A DNA stretch of 64,000 nt from Candidatus Saccharimonadota bacterium (GCA_017652765.1 JAGCAJ010000008.1:9230-73229); one strand, 5' to 3'. Positions 1 through 9,564 are shown, counted from the stretch's first letter. Notes: generated by a model not told the origin, from the sequence alone. Numbers and translations are program-made.

Positions 1-669
1 AGAAACTGCGGTGCGAATATTTTTGGGTGAATAGTCCGTAATGTTATGTTCGTCTAAATATTTCTGGAGAGAGCTATAGAGTGGACCCTCGATATATTCT
101 TCGTTTTCTAAGACAAAAGTGACGGCAACAATGAAATATCTGCCAGCGTCTTTCCCTGTGTTAAAAATTGTGCTTCTGTAAGACATTTTCATATCTTCGC
201 GTCCGATTACGACTAGCTCGGAAGTCTTAGTGTCATAAGCTTCTATACTTTCAACAACCTGGGAAATATCCTGGCCATAGGCGCCAATATTCTGGACTGG
301 GGCCGCACCAACAGTGCCAGGGATTTTGCTCATGGCTTCTACGCCGGAATAGCCACGCTCCACCGTCCAAGCCACAAAATCGTCCCAAACTTCACCGCCA
401 AAAGCACGCACAACAACTTCGTCGGATGTCTCGGAAATAACTTCAATACCTTTAATCTTATTAATGATAACTACTCCAGGGAAGCCGTCGTCCGTAGCGA
501 TAGTATTAGCGCCACCACCAAGTATAAAGACGGGTAGATTTTTGTTTTTTGCAAAATTAAAAGCTTCTGGAATATCTTTTAGACCTTCGATTTCATAGAC
601 ATACCGGGCGTTTCCGCCTAGACGCATAGTAGTGAGGGTTGATAATGGAACATTTTCTTTAATAATCAT
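1..669 (-). CDS. murB: UDP-N-acetylmuramate dehydrogenase (partial, runs off the left edge)
   Basis: Manual translation from ATG at 669: MIIKENVPLSTLTTMRLGGNARY...LPVFILGGGANTIATDDGFPGVVI, the typical MurB N-terminal FAD-binding region. Not in the ORF track. Confidence 0.9.
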   Translation of the reverse strand, partial: MIIKENVPLSTLTTMRLGGNARYVYEIEGLKDIPEAFNFAKNKNLPVFILGGGANTIATDDGFPGVVIINKIKGIEVISETSDEVVVRAFGGEVWDDFVAWTVERGYSGVEAMSKIPGTVGAAPVQNIGAYGQDISQVVESIEAYDTKTSELVVIGREDMKMSYRSTIFNTGKDAGRYFIVAVTFVLENEEYIEGPLYSSLQKYLDEHNITDYSPKNIRTAVS

Positions 670-718
670 ACTTTTTATATTATACCATAAAAGCAGGGTG
701 TTGCCCTGCCATAATACC

Positions 719-795
719 TGGTACGCCCGGGAGGATTTGAACCCCTGACCTTCAGGACCGGAACCTGACGCTCTATCCAGCTGAGCTACGGGCGC
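719..795 (-). tRNA. tRNA-Arg (CCG)
   Basis: Cloverleaf GCGCCCG...; anticodon arm TCAGG-TT CCG GT-CCTGA; TTCAAAT T-loop; encoded CCA. Confidence 0.95.
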
Positions 796-854
796 ATGCA
801 AAAATATTATACCATAATCTAGCCAGAGTGGCGACGCAGCCGGCCTAGACGGAG

Positions 855-3800
855 CTAGGCCTGACCGTTATTATCATTATTATTGCCGTTATTGCTGGTA
901 TTGTTATTATTGTTATTCTGCTGGTCAATAGCTCGATTGATACGTTTTAACGCGTTATAGTCTTGCCTTGTCGCCGTACGATTGTCAACTTTATTCTGGT
1001 AGTGCTGACGGAATCGTTCCATCCCTGCGCCCGTTAGTCGCGTATTGAGTGGGGCTCCGTTTGCCTGGCGAATAGTCTGACCGGCTGGGCGGTCTGGCTG
1101 TATGGCATTGATACCGCCACCACCTCTTACGTTGAAGACTCCGCCAGGCTGGGCGCCAGTGTTAAACCCTTCTTGAAGTTTATCGAGAGCTTTCTCTTTG
1201 GTAATATCGTAAGTGCCGCCTTCGCGACCCTCTTGCTGGGCGCGCGCGGCGAGCTCTGCGAGAAGTCGCTTGTCGCTATCGGAGGCTCTGTCGCCAAGTT
1301 CTTCGATAGACCCCTTGCTTTGGCCGTATAGTTCTGCACCGTTTGTAACATGGTGGTCAATAGCGTCATGAACATTTTTGGCGTTAGAGCTCCATTGCCC
1401 ATAGTTCATAGTACCACCGTTTGCGCCCTTAACAGCATTGCTTCCTTGCGTTATTTGCGAGGCATATTCAAAGCCCATAGCGTTGCTGGCGCGGTAATTC
1501 TTGCTATTATCACCCGTGGCAATTTGCTTTGCGACCTTACCGAGCACGTCTTCATGGCCGTCATAAACACCACTCGCGGAATCCTTTTTAAACTTTTGGA
1601 TAAATGCATTAGCCGTATCTTTGCGACGGCCAGCAATTTCTGCGATAGCGCGAGCGCGCATGACATTACCAGAAGCAACAGCGTTATCATACATACTGAA
1701 GAGCTCGACCTGGTTTTCTCCCTTGTCTGTGTTATCATTAACAATGTCTATTTCCGTAGCAAGCTGCTCCTTCTCTGCGGCCATCGCCTGCGAACGCTGG
1801 TACTTCTGGAAGAAATCTGGACTATTGAGGTTTTCTTGACGTTGCTGATCAGATAGATATTTAGCGTAGGCGCCACGAGCTCTAGCGCTAGCGCGACGGT
1901 TCATACCTTTCATACCAGGCACTCTACTAAAGATAGAGCGACCTTCTGCTATGTCCATACGGCGACGACCAAGCCAGTTTGCATTGCCATTTGCATCAAC
2001 GCCGGCGTTCATACGAAGTTGCATCTCTCTAGCAGTGTCAGAATTACCAATAGCGCCAGTAAGCCTCCTGCTCACACCCTGGCCAAAGCCAGAAATCCTA
2101 GCACCGATATTACCCATGGCACTCATAGAATTTCGGAGTAGCGTAGGGATGAAGAAGAACGGAACCACGCCGACGAGCATAGCGATAAGTTTGCCGAGGA
2201 AGCCAACGTCAAGAGTCATAAGGACGCTACTAGCAAAGGCAGAGCCACCCATAAGTGCGCCACAAATTGGATAAACGATGAGTGCACCTTCAAAGGCTTT
2301 GAACCATCGGCTGAAGATATTCTTAGTATTTGGCAACATGTAGCAAGCAAATGCCACAGGTGAAATGACCACCAAGATAACTATAGCCGCCTGTCTGACG
2401 CCAAGGATAATGAAGAAGAATAATACGCCAAGGAGAGTAGCAAGCAAGCCTAGGAAGAGCGGGATGATGATAACAGCACCCCAGAGACCTACGGTCCCGA
2501 CCGCGAGAGCTCCGACCGCACCACCTACGGCCAGGGTCATAACGGATGAAATGGCGGCCGCGCCAGTACTGCTAGCGCTAAGGCCCTCTACTTCGACAGG
2601 GATGTTAGCGAAGAGCGAGTTTAACCCTACGCCGAGAATATTAGACAGATCTATCGCAAGTAGACAAATGATATATGACAAATTAATTAGAATTGCAGCC
2701 ACGATGAGCTTTGGTAGAATACGCTTAATACCAAAGTTGTCGATGCCAAATCCAGTTACCTGGGAGAAAATAACGATTAGGAATACGATAACAAAGATGA
2801 TGTTTGCGAAGGACTGGAAAATTTGCCAAGCTTTATAAACGTTACCACCGATTTCGTAGCTCTTGGCGTTGACCTCGAGGAAGTTGGAAACGATGCTATC
2901 ATAAATACTCGTAATTGTATCCTGGACGAAGCTAATGATTGGGCAGAGAATCCAGCCAAGCGCGCCAGCAGAATTAAAACAATCGACATCGTCGGTGTTG
3001 GCAGCCGTAGCAGCACTGTCGCCACCACCGCCAGCGCTATCATCCTCTTCGCCATACATAGAGAAGTTGGCGTCTACTACACTAGAAGCCCATACACCAT
3101 CCACAGAGTGGGAAGCAAGATAGTTTAGGATATCCGTAACGCTAACCGTCTTGTACCAATCGTTGCCATTAAACCCGATAAAATCTTTGTCTGAAATGTT
3201 AACATAACAGTTCGACTTAGTCTCACCGTTTTTCTCTAGGTTGACTTTTATGTCTTTATAGCCGTTACCAACAAATTGGTCCTTTTTGTCGTCCGGAACG
3301 CCACAAATCATGGCTGTAGCATTTTCGTTGAGATAGATTTGGTAAAGACTAATTATTTCTGCTGGAGCAAATGAACTGGTAGTCGTACCAAGGAGGTTTT
3401 GGGCGGCAGCTTTACCGCCGGCCGCGTTAGTGGCAAATTCATTGTCAACGCTTTTACTTGTAGTAGTTTCTAGATTACCTTTGGCGTACATCCAGTATCT
3501 AGTTCCATTCTCCGTCGGAATAGTTACGGTGTTTAGCTTGAACTTAGGGAGACAAGAGCTAGCAAAATTCTCCCCCTTGGAACAGCCGACTTCTTGTGGC
3601 CCCATAGTGTTGCCGTCCGCCGCATTGTATGACACAGTAATAAATCCTGTACTAGGCTGAGTAGTAAGCAGATACGGGTCTTTTGCTCCGTTACTTAGAC
3701 CCGAGGATGACCCCTCTACATACATCTTACCGTCAATAAGATTGCCACTCTCGTCGACTCTGGCGCAGATTTTGGCTGTTTTGTATGTAAACGAAGAGAC

Positions 3801-4283
3801 CGCGCCATCCACTGTTCCATCGTTAAGATATCTAGAAACATCAAATGTCACGCGATTACATTGCACGCTATCTTTTTTGCCGGTAGGAGTATAACCGACC
3901 TTTTTGAGGAACTCACCTTGCTGGGCTGGATCGTCAGAGTTTAAGCCATCGCTAGTGCCACTTCTGCTTAGAACTTCTTTTAATACCTGTTTACAGGTGA
4001 GCGAGCTTGAGCCGGCGCCAGTTGGGAGTGCGCCAACCGCGGTATTATCGTTCTTAGCTAAATCTTGGAATTGATAGACGTCAGCATTAGAGCCAACGTG
4101 GACTGGGGAGTTCATGCGGCCGTTGTAGCAAGTGTAGAGTGCAGAGACGAGAGCTTTCTTGGAAATCCAGTTTTTGTCGTATAGCTGGTCGTCAGCGCTA
4201 ACCGAGACGGTAGAGAAAATGCCAGTAAAAATTGCTACTGTCGCAAGAACTAATGAAGCGATAATTATTCTAGCTTTCTTCAT
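855..4283 (-). CDS. Large (1142 aa) signal-peptide-bearing multi-pass membrane protein with a TrbL/VirB6-like membrane domain
   Basis: N-terminal signal, ~400 aa Cys-containing extracellular region, several hydrophobic helices (WQIFQSFANIIFVIVFLIVIFSQ, LPKLIVAAILINLSY), long cytoplasmic tail ending in an Asn-rich run. The VirB6-like call is recalled family resemblance, not a search. Confidence 0.6.
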   Translation of the reverse strand: MKKARIIIASLVLATVAIFTGIFSTVSVSADDQLYDKNWISKKALVSALYTCYNGRMNSPVHVGSNADVYQFQDLAKNDNTAVGALPTGAGSSSLTCKQVLKEVLSRSGTSDGLNSDDPAQQGEFLKKVGYTPTGKKDSVQCNRVTFDVSRYLNDGTVDGAVSSFTYKTAKICARVDESGNLIDGKMYVEGSSSGLSNGAKDPYLLTTQPSTGFITVSYNAADGNTMGPQEVGCSKGENFASSCLPKFKLNTVTIPTENGTRYWMYAKGNLETTTSKSVDNEFATNAAGGKAAAQNLLGTTTSSFAPAEIISLYQIYLNENATAMICGVPDDKKDQFVGNGYKDIKVNLEKNGETKSNCYVNISDKDFIGFNGNDWYKTVSVTDILNYLASHSVDGVWASSVVDANFSMYGEEDDSAGGGGDSAATAANTDDVDCFNSAGALGWILCPIISFVQDTITSIYDSIVSNFLEVNAKSYEIGGNVYKAWQIFQSFANIIFVIVFLIVIFSQVTGFGIDNFGIKRILPKLIVAAILINLSYIICLLAIDLSNILGVGLNSLFANIPVEVEGLSASSTGAAAISSVMTLAVGGAVGALAVGTVGLWGAVIIIPLFLGLLATLLGVLFFFIILGVRQAAIVILVVISPVAFACYMLPNTKNIFSRWFKAFEGALIVYPICGALMGGSAFASSVLMTLDVGFLGKLIAMLVGVVPFFFIPTLLRNSMSAMGNIGARISGFGQGVSRRLTGAIGNSDTAREMQLRMNAGVDANGNANWLGRRRMDIAEGRSIFSRVPGMKGMNRRASARARGAYAKYLSDQQRQENLNSPDFFQKYQRSQAMAAEKEQLATEIDIVNDNTDKGENQVELFSMYDNAVASGNVMRARAIAEIAGRRKDTANAFIQKFKKDSASGVYDGHEDVLGKVAKQIATGDNSKNYRASNAMGFEYASQITQGSNAVKGANGGTMNYGQWSSNAKNVHDAIDHHVTNGAELYGQSKGSIEELGDRASDSDKRLLAELAARAQQEGREGGTYDITKEKALDKLQEGFNTGAQPGGVFNVRGGGGINAIQPDRPAGQTIRQANGAPLNTRLTGAGMERFRQHYQNKVDNRTATRQDYNALKRINRAIDQQNNNNNNTSNNGNNNDNNGQA

Positions 4284-5463
4284 TTTCTGGCTCCTCCGTA
4301 TTATCTTCTGTGTTATTCTCCGTATTGCTCTCCGTATTGTTGTCTTCTGGTGGAACGTCTACGGGAGCTTCGCTATAAGTTTCTTCTTCTGTAGGTTGTT
4401 GCATCTCGCTGTAGATAGTGCTGACACTTAGAATTAACTGGTTCGTGATAACGCTAATGCTTCTATCCATGCTAGTCTTTAGAGTATTAAGTTTTTGGTT
4501 CATTTCTTTAGCGGGGGCGGAACTATTTAACAACTTGGACTGACAAGTATAGTCAATAGCTTCATCTATGATGCAGCTATTAGAATTCAACAAATCAAAC
4601 CAGTCTACAATAATGTCGCCACGCGCTCTTGCAAATTCGACGAAATCTGAAGCAGAATCGCCTTGCTCGGCTAAGACGTCATAAATACCGTTTAGCTCGT
4701 TTTTGAGTTCGCTACCAGCGCCAAGATATTTTTCTAGAAGGTCGTCGTCGGAGAAATTATAATCTTCGAGATAACTTAAGTAGAAAGTTAGGTTATCGTT
4801 ACTAGCTTCAACAGTACTACTAAGATTAATGTATGATGCTAATTCTGAATTACCAAAAGCGGAATAGAACGCATCGTAATATTCTTTGGCGGTTTTGACA
4901 TAGTCGATTCTGCCTTCAGGCTGGCCAAACATAGCGTAAGCATAATAATATGGGCCAAATTCATCAAGGTCAGCTGGCTCTTCTGTAGAATCTTCACCAG
5001 AAATCATCCAGTTGGCGTAACGATTGAAGGCTTCCTGGTAGCTAAGTGTAACCGACGTGGCTTTGGGCGCGTCTTTTGGTTTATTATTAATTACCATTAC
5101 CACCGTGAAAATAGCTAGGGCGACGAGGGCGATGCCACCGAAAATTAGGCCGAATTGAATGAGGCGACCACGGTTAATTCCCTGTTTTGGTTCCTCAGTA
5201 ATGATATTGCCGGATGGATCAATCAGAATGTCACCAGTACGCGGAGCGACTTTTTGGAACTGGTGCTTGGCAAAAGGCGAATTCTGGGTAGCGGATTTTC
5301 TGTTACTGTTAAGATCCGACATGGCGCGTGCAACATTAGCACCTGTCGACAACGTGCCAGAATTGTTAGCGGTATTATTAGCTGGCTCACTAGAGAATGA
5401 AAATCCCCCGGCAGGAGCATTGCCAGGACCACTGTTTTGACCTTCTGTTTGTTTTGGATCCAT
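4270..5463 (-). CDS. Hypothetical single-pass membrane protein (397 aa)
   Basis: Long ORF, one TM helix (LIQFGLIFGGIALVALAIFTVVMVI), acidic tail; overlaps the next gene by 14 bp; -10 box 8 nt before ATG. Confidence 0.75.
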   Translation of the reverse strand: MDPKQTEGQNSGPGNAPAGGFSFSSEPANNTANNSGTLSTGANVARAMSDLNSNRKSATQNSPFAKHQFQKVAPRTGDILIDPSGNIITEEPKQGINRGRLIQFGLIFGGIALVALAIFTVVMVINNKPKDAPKATSVTLSYQEAFNRYANWMISGEDSTEEPADLDEFGPYYYAYAMFGQPEGRIDYVKTAKEYYDAFYSAFGNSELASYINLSSTVEASNDNLTFYLSYLEDYNFSDDDLLEKYLGAGSELKNELNGIYDVLAEQGDSASDFVEFARARGDIIVDWFDLLNSNSCIIDEAIDYTCQSKLLNSSAPAKEMNQKLNTLKTSMDRSISVITNQLILSVSTIYSEMQQPTEEETYSEAPVDVPPEDNNTESNTENNTEDNTEEPENEES

Positions 5464-5512
5464 TTGGAGTTATTATACCATAAGCATTTTCTAAAAACAA
5501 TCATAATTTAGC

Positions 5513-5545
5513 ATCAAAAAGTCCCCGAAATGGGGACTTTTTGAT
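5513..5545. terminator. Bidirectional intrinsic terminator
   Basis: ATCAAAAAGTCCCC-GAAAT-GGGGACTTTTTGAT, 14-bp stem. Confidence 0.85.
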
Positions 5546-5605
5546 TTGTTAGGCTAGTTGCTTAGCACCGCCCAGATACCACCCTATTACCTTAGAGGCG
5601 GTCAA

Positions 5606-6949
5606 TTAACGTAAAGACTTACGGCTAGCAATGTAGTAACCAGCAACAGTAACAACGGAACCAGCACCAATTACACCCGTTACGACAGAAGCAGGGCCAG
5701 TAGTTGGCATAGCTGCTGGAGTGTCGTTAGGGAATTTGTTGTCTTCCTGAGGTTTGTCTGGTTCTGGGGTTGGGGTAGGTTTGTCACAACCTTCAGTTTT
5801 CTTCACCATAACGAAGGCGTTATCCTGAAGAGTAGTTTTGCCAACACCAACTTGACCCCAGTTGACTAGTTTGTTAGTACCACAAACCATGTCTTTGTCT
5901 ACAACTTTGGCGCGGAAACGAATGTAAGCGTCACCGTTAGCGTTGTAACCACCAATGTTGATACCGGTAGTGATAATAGTATCGTCATTGACAACTACGC
6001 CGTTTTTGTTAGTAGTGTTATAAAGTTTGGTAGTACCTTTGATATACTCCATGTTGTTTGGAAGAATATCTTTTACCATCACATTGTCAACGTGCTGGGA
6101 AGAGGTATTTTTGTAGTGAATCTGATACTCAACGGTATCACCAACGTTGGCGTCAACCGTATCCTTAAAGGTTTTGTCAGAATCACCAATCTTACGAACA
6201 GTTTTCTCAACAGTGTAAGAATTATCAAGGTAAACGGCCTTTACACGAATAGTAGTGTAAGAGTCGTACTTGAAACAGCCCGGGATGTTACCATCGAGAG
6301 CAGAGTAACCGATTTTAGCACCGTTGCTAGTAATAATGTTATCGGAAAGTTTGATACCGCCGTTAGCGCCGATACCGTTGTTTTCATAAAGGGCAGAACC
6401 CTCAATGTAATCAAGGTAGAAAGCACGACCGTCGGCACTCTTAAAGACTACATCATCGTAAACACGAGTTGGGTTTGCGTTGGAAGAGTCGATAGAACCC
6501 TGAACAGAGAGGCTAGTACCAGCCTGGGTAGGAAGGGTAAAGTGAAGGGTCACATCCTTTGCCATACCTTTTTCAGCGTTAGGGTTGTTGTTGTGAGCGT
6601 AAAGACGGACAAGGTATTCCTTACCATCTTCAACGGTAATTTCATTAGCATTCCATTTGTTGGCTTTACCGGAGTTAACACCAGTATTTAGACGAGCGCC
6701 AACGAAGTTGCGCTCATCACCACCAATTTCTGGGTTGTTAGTGATAGAGTTAAAAGTAACTTTGTCGCCTAAAAGTGGCTCAATGTTACAAGTAGTATAG
6801 TTTGCGTCACAGTTAGTGAGCGTATAGGTCTGGCGGCCAGAGGCGTTGCCAGAGTTGTCACCCCACGCCATGACAGCAGGAGCGACGTTGACTCCGATAA
6901 TCCCGGCTACAGCCAAGACAGCGGAGGCAGTCTTAATAATATGTTTCAT
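5606..6949 (-). CDS. Surface protein with DUF11/conserved-repeat (pilin-like) domain and LPxTG-like C-terminal anchor
   Basis: Signal peptide; ANVGDTVEYQIHYKN...NVMVKDILPNNMEYIKGTT DUF11-type motif; Pro-rich linker; MPTTG followed by hydrophobic stretch and RKSLR tail; SD GAAAGGAG. Confidence 0.75.
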   Translation of the reverse strand: MKHIIKTASAVLAVAGIIGVNVAPAVMAWGDNSGNASGRQTYTLTNCDANYTTCNIEPLLGDKVTFNSITNNPEIGGDERNFVGARLNTGVNSGKANKWNANEITVEDGKEYLVRLYAHNNNPNAEKGMAKDVTLHFTLPTQAGTSLSVQGSIDSSNANPTRVYDDVVFKSADGRAFYLDYIEGSALYENNGIGANGGIKLSDNIITSNGAKIGYSALDGNIPGCFKYDSYTTIRVKAVYLDNSYTVEKTVRKIGDSDKTFKDTVDANVGDTVEYQIHYKNTSSQHVDNVMVKDILPNNMEYIKGTTKLYNTTNKNGVVVNDDTIITTGINIGGYNANGDAYIRFRAKVVDKDMVCGTNKLVNWGQVGVGKTTLQDNAFVMVKKTEGCDKPTPTPEPDKPQEDNKFPNDTPAAMPTTGPASVVTGVIGAGSVVTVAGYYIASRKSLR

Positions 6950-7020
6950 AAAAATTCTCCTTTCAAAAAGAATTATTAGAATTATTTGCTAGCCGAATTT
7001 TTAATTTTCGTCTTAACCAG

Positions 7021-7049
7021 ATTAAAATCGAATCGTCTCAGATGCAAAT
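7021..7049 (+). repeat. Left copy of 29-bp inverted repeat
   Basis: ATTAAAATCGAATCGTCTCAGATGCAAAT matches the reverse complement of 9458-9486 at 26/29. Confidence 0.9.
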
Positions 7050-7070
7050 TCTTGGAGTTATTTTTGGAGT

Positions 7071-7094
7071 TCCCAGAGCCCGAAGGCTCTGGGA
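7071..7094 (-). terminator. Stable hairpin (terminator-like, no U-tract) after the 566-aa gene
   Basis: TCCCAGAGCC-TTCG-GGCTCTGGGA on the minus strand, 10-bp stem with UUCG loop. Confidence 0.55.
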
Positions 7095-7118
7095 TATAAA
7101 AGAGCTAAAGTGTGCTAA

Positions 7119-8789
7119 TTAATCAACGGGGGGCTCGTCCATAGCGCCATTGTCGCTACCTGCGGAATCGTTGGATCCACCAACATCAGTATCATGTACT
7201 GGGATAGGATCGGGATCCGGAGCATCGCCGTTGTCAGTGTGGTCAGCCTTAGGACCTTCATCGTGGGGACCGTCGTCATGAGATTCGGAGTTACCCTGCT
7301 GGTACTGAGAATCCGGAACGTTGTCAGACTGACTGTTGCCCTGGTCGGGCTTCTGAGGTCCCGGTCCGGGATCATCGTTTTGTCCGCCACCCGTGTCGGC
7401 ATTACCCTGAGAACCAGAACCCTCATCGGGATGTTTCTCTTCCTTCCTGTCCTCTACTTCGGGCGTATTGTCCGGTTTTGAAGAAGGAGTAGGATCAGAT
7501 GGAGTATTGTCTTCTACCTCAGGTGTGGACGGAGTACTAGACTGAGCCTCGGGAGTGCTCGCGGACTGTGGCGTAGTTTGAGGAGCGGCAGGCTGAGTAG
7601 TCTGCGTCTTAGGGGTAGAGGTCTTTTTCTTGGTGGTCTTCTTCTTTGGCTTTGACGTGGTAGTCATATTCAGAACTTCGGGACGTTTGTCACGATAGTT
7701 TGCGCCAAATCTGATACCAACCTTGCCGTTCTTGAGGTAGAACGTAAACGTCATAGACGCTAAAGTCTCCTCATAATTAGCGGGTGTGGCCTGTCTCATG
7801 CTAGAGAAATCTCCAGCAATAAGATGATAATGGTCACCTGCTTTGGCGGTTAAAACCTCTCCCTTGGTCTCTCTAGGCCAGAGGAGCTCGATAAGAGCGA
7901 TAACATATTTCTGGTAATCCTTGTTGGTGTAGTAAATACCATTGACCTTGCGGAGCCAGATGTTAATGCCTTTACCCTCGGCACGAGCCGTGTCGGTTAG
8001 ATCGATGTACTCTCTACCGGCTTTCCAGTGATCGATGAGGTTAGTATCCTCACCGATTTTCTGGGATGTAACGAGTCTCATCCAAGATTCAAAGAGAATC
8101 GGATTCTCAAAGAATTCGCGGAAAAGCTCCATACGCCAGGCCTCTAATTCTTCTTCAGAGAAATCAATCTTTGCGCCGTTTTTTGCCGCTAATATCTTCT
8201 GTACCTGCTCGTTCGTGAGGTTGAAAGGATAGGATACCGCATCATCAATGGGCTTCTTATCCTTCTGGAGACCAGCCTTAACGGCGGCATAAGGTCTCTC
8301 GTCGTCGGTTACCTGCAGAGAATTATAGGTCAGAGGAGGCATACGCACTCCATCAGGGTCTTTCCCATAACCTTCGAACTGAGGATGATTCATAAAGAAA
8401 TCTTCGACTGCGTTTTCGTCAATGTCGGGCTGTTCTTCAAGAAAAGTCTTGAAAGCTTCAACATCTTCGGTGGTCAAATCTTCTTTATAGGCAAGCTCGT
8501 CTTTGTCGATGTCCGGATCTTCGTCGCGGATATCTTCGTACGTGCTAGCTTCGGCAGAATTGTCTGTCGTTTCCTCAGTTACAACTTCGGAAGCGCCGTC
8601 AGGTTCTTCGGCAATTTCGCCGGGAGTTTCTACGGTAGCTTCTTCGGTGCTAACCATGGGCTCTGCTAAACTTTTTACTACTTCGGGTTGCTCAGTATCT
8701 CTAGACATAATCTTCGGGATTTTCCAGAGGCCGAGACAGATTAATGCGATTGCCAAGATGGTAATCAATGCGGTTGTCAGTTTCTTCAT
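7119..8789 (-). CDS. Hypothetical membrane-anchored protein with acidic stalk, central globular domain and low-complexity P/S/D/Q tail
   Basis: ORF track 7119..8819; start moved to MKKLTTAL at 8789 because SD AAGGAGGTGA precedes it; one N-terminal TM. Confidence 0.8.
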   Translation of the reverse strand: MKKLTTALITILAIALICLGLWKIPKIMSRDTEQPEVVKSLAEPMVSTEEATVETPGEIAEEPDGASEVVTEETTDNSAEASTYEDIRDEDPDIDKDELAYKEDLTTEDVEAFKTFLEEQPDIDENAVEDFFMNHPQFEGYGKDPDGVRMPPLTYNSLQVTDDERPYAAVKAGLQKDKKPIDDAVSYPFNLTNEQVQKILAAKNGAKIDFSEEELEAWRMELFREFFENPILFESWMRLVTSQKIGEDTNLIDHWKAGREYIDLTDTARAEGKGINIWLRKVNGIYYTNKDYQKYVIALIELLWPRETKGEVLTAKAGDHYHLIAGDFSSMRQATPANYEETLASMTFTFYLKNGKVGIRFGANYRDKRPEVLNMTTTSKPKKKTTKKKTSTPKTQTTQPAAPQTTPQSASTPEAQSSTPSTPEVEDNTPSDPTPSSKPDNTPEVEDRKEEKHPDEGSGSQGNADTGGGQNDDPGPGPQKPDQGNSQSDNVPDSQYQQGNSESHDDGPHDEGPKADHTDNGDAPDPDPIPVHDTDVGGSNDSAGSDNGAMDEPPVD

Positions 8790-8805
8790 ATCTCTCACCT
8801 CCTTC

Positions 8806-9363
8806 TTAGATGAGTGCAAGAACTACAATAGCAATAGCGAGAATCGCTATAAATCCCCAGGCGACAGCGATACCAATCGTGTCAACGCCAGGAGTTTTGG
8901 CAACTCTTCCCTCTTTTTTATTCTTTTTGTCTACCAAATTCTGGATTCTGTAAGCGCTAACTGCGCCACAGATGAAAGGTAGAACGATAGGAATGAGCCA
9001 GAGAAGCCAGAGCGGGTTAAACTTGTTTTCTGTTCTGTGGTAAACCACGGACAGAATCAAGAGAACTGCATAGAGAGCTGAAAGAATGTTCCAGCTGACT
9101 CTACGTTTTCTACCTTCAAGGTTGATAGCCTGGAATAATGCAACAATCACGAGGAGAATTGCATAAAACCAAGGGCTAACCCACTGGAAAACTGCGCCGA
9201 AAATGGTATTTATCAGGATGTAAAACATCCAAACCCATGAAGCGAGCGGTTTTTTGCGGGTCTCCTTTGAAGAATCGTTGGCTACCTGGACCGAGAAAAG
9301 TCCTACGGCTGAGCCGAGAATTGTAATTACAACTACGTCGAAGAATGTTAACTGATCTAACAT
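8806..9363 (-). CDS. Hypothetical multi-pass membrane protein
   Basis: ORF track 8806..9417; start moved to MLDQLTFF at 9363 after SD ACAGGAGGT; about 6 hydrophobic segments. Confidence 0.75.
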   Translation of the reverse strand: MLDQLTFFDVVVITILGSAVGLFSVQVANDSSKETRKKPLASWVWMFYILINTIFGAVFQWVSPWFYAILLVIVALFQAINLEGRKRRVSWNILSALYAVLLILSVVYHRTENKFNPLWLLWLIPIVLPFICGAVSAYRIQNLVDKKNKKEGRVAKTPGVDTIGIAVAWGFIAILAIAIVVLALI

Positions 9364-9457
9364 AATTTGCACCTCCTGTATATGATATTTTCGGGATATA
9401 TGTGAACAGGAGGCCAACCCTCCTGTAGTAGAGAGTTAGTAGCACACTTCCAGATAC

Positions 9458-9486
9458 ATTTGTATCTGGGATGATTCGATTTTAAT
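9458..9486 (-). repeat. Right copy of 29-bp inverted repeat
   Basis: Reverse complement ATTAAAATCGAATCATCCCAGATACAAAT; its inner end overlaps a 9-bp-arm palindrome CCAGATACA-TT-TGTATCTGG (9450-9469). Confidence 0.9.
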
Positions 9487-9535
9487 GGTCGTCACTGAGA
9501 TGGTGCTTTGCAACTCTTCCCAATAGACTGATTCC

Positions 9536-9564
9536 ATTATAGCACACTTATGCTAAAAAGTCAA
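9536..9564 (-). promoter_or_regulatory. Sigma70-type promoter, copy C of the shared promoter
   Basis: TTGACT-17 bp (TTTTAGCATAAGTGTGC)-TATAAT; near-identical to promoters at 11750 and 13910. Confidence 0.8.

Noticed and set aside
719-855. tRNA-Arg or tRNA-Pro loci as integration sites of genomic islands
   Set aside because: No duplicated tRNA 3-prime end and no integrase were found in the window.
7012-9495. IR-flanked cassette as an IS or transposon
   Set aside because: No transposase inside or nearby, and no target-site duplication in the flanks (…AACCAG / GGTCGT…).
9530-9560. dif/pdif-like site (TTATGCTAAAA resembles the XerD arm)
   Set aside because: No matching XerC arm ending in ATAA at 6-bp spacing; the sequence is fully explained as a -35/-10 promoter.
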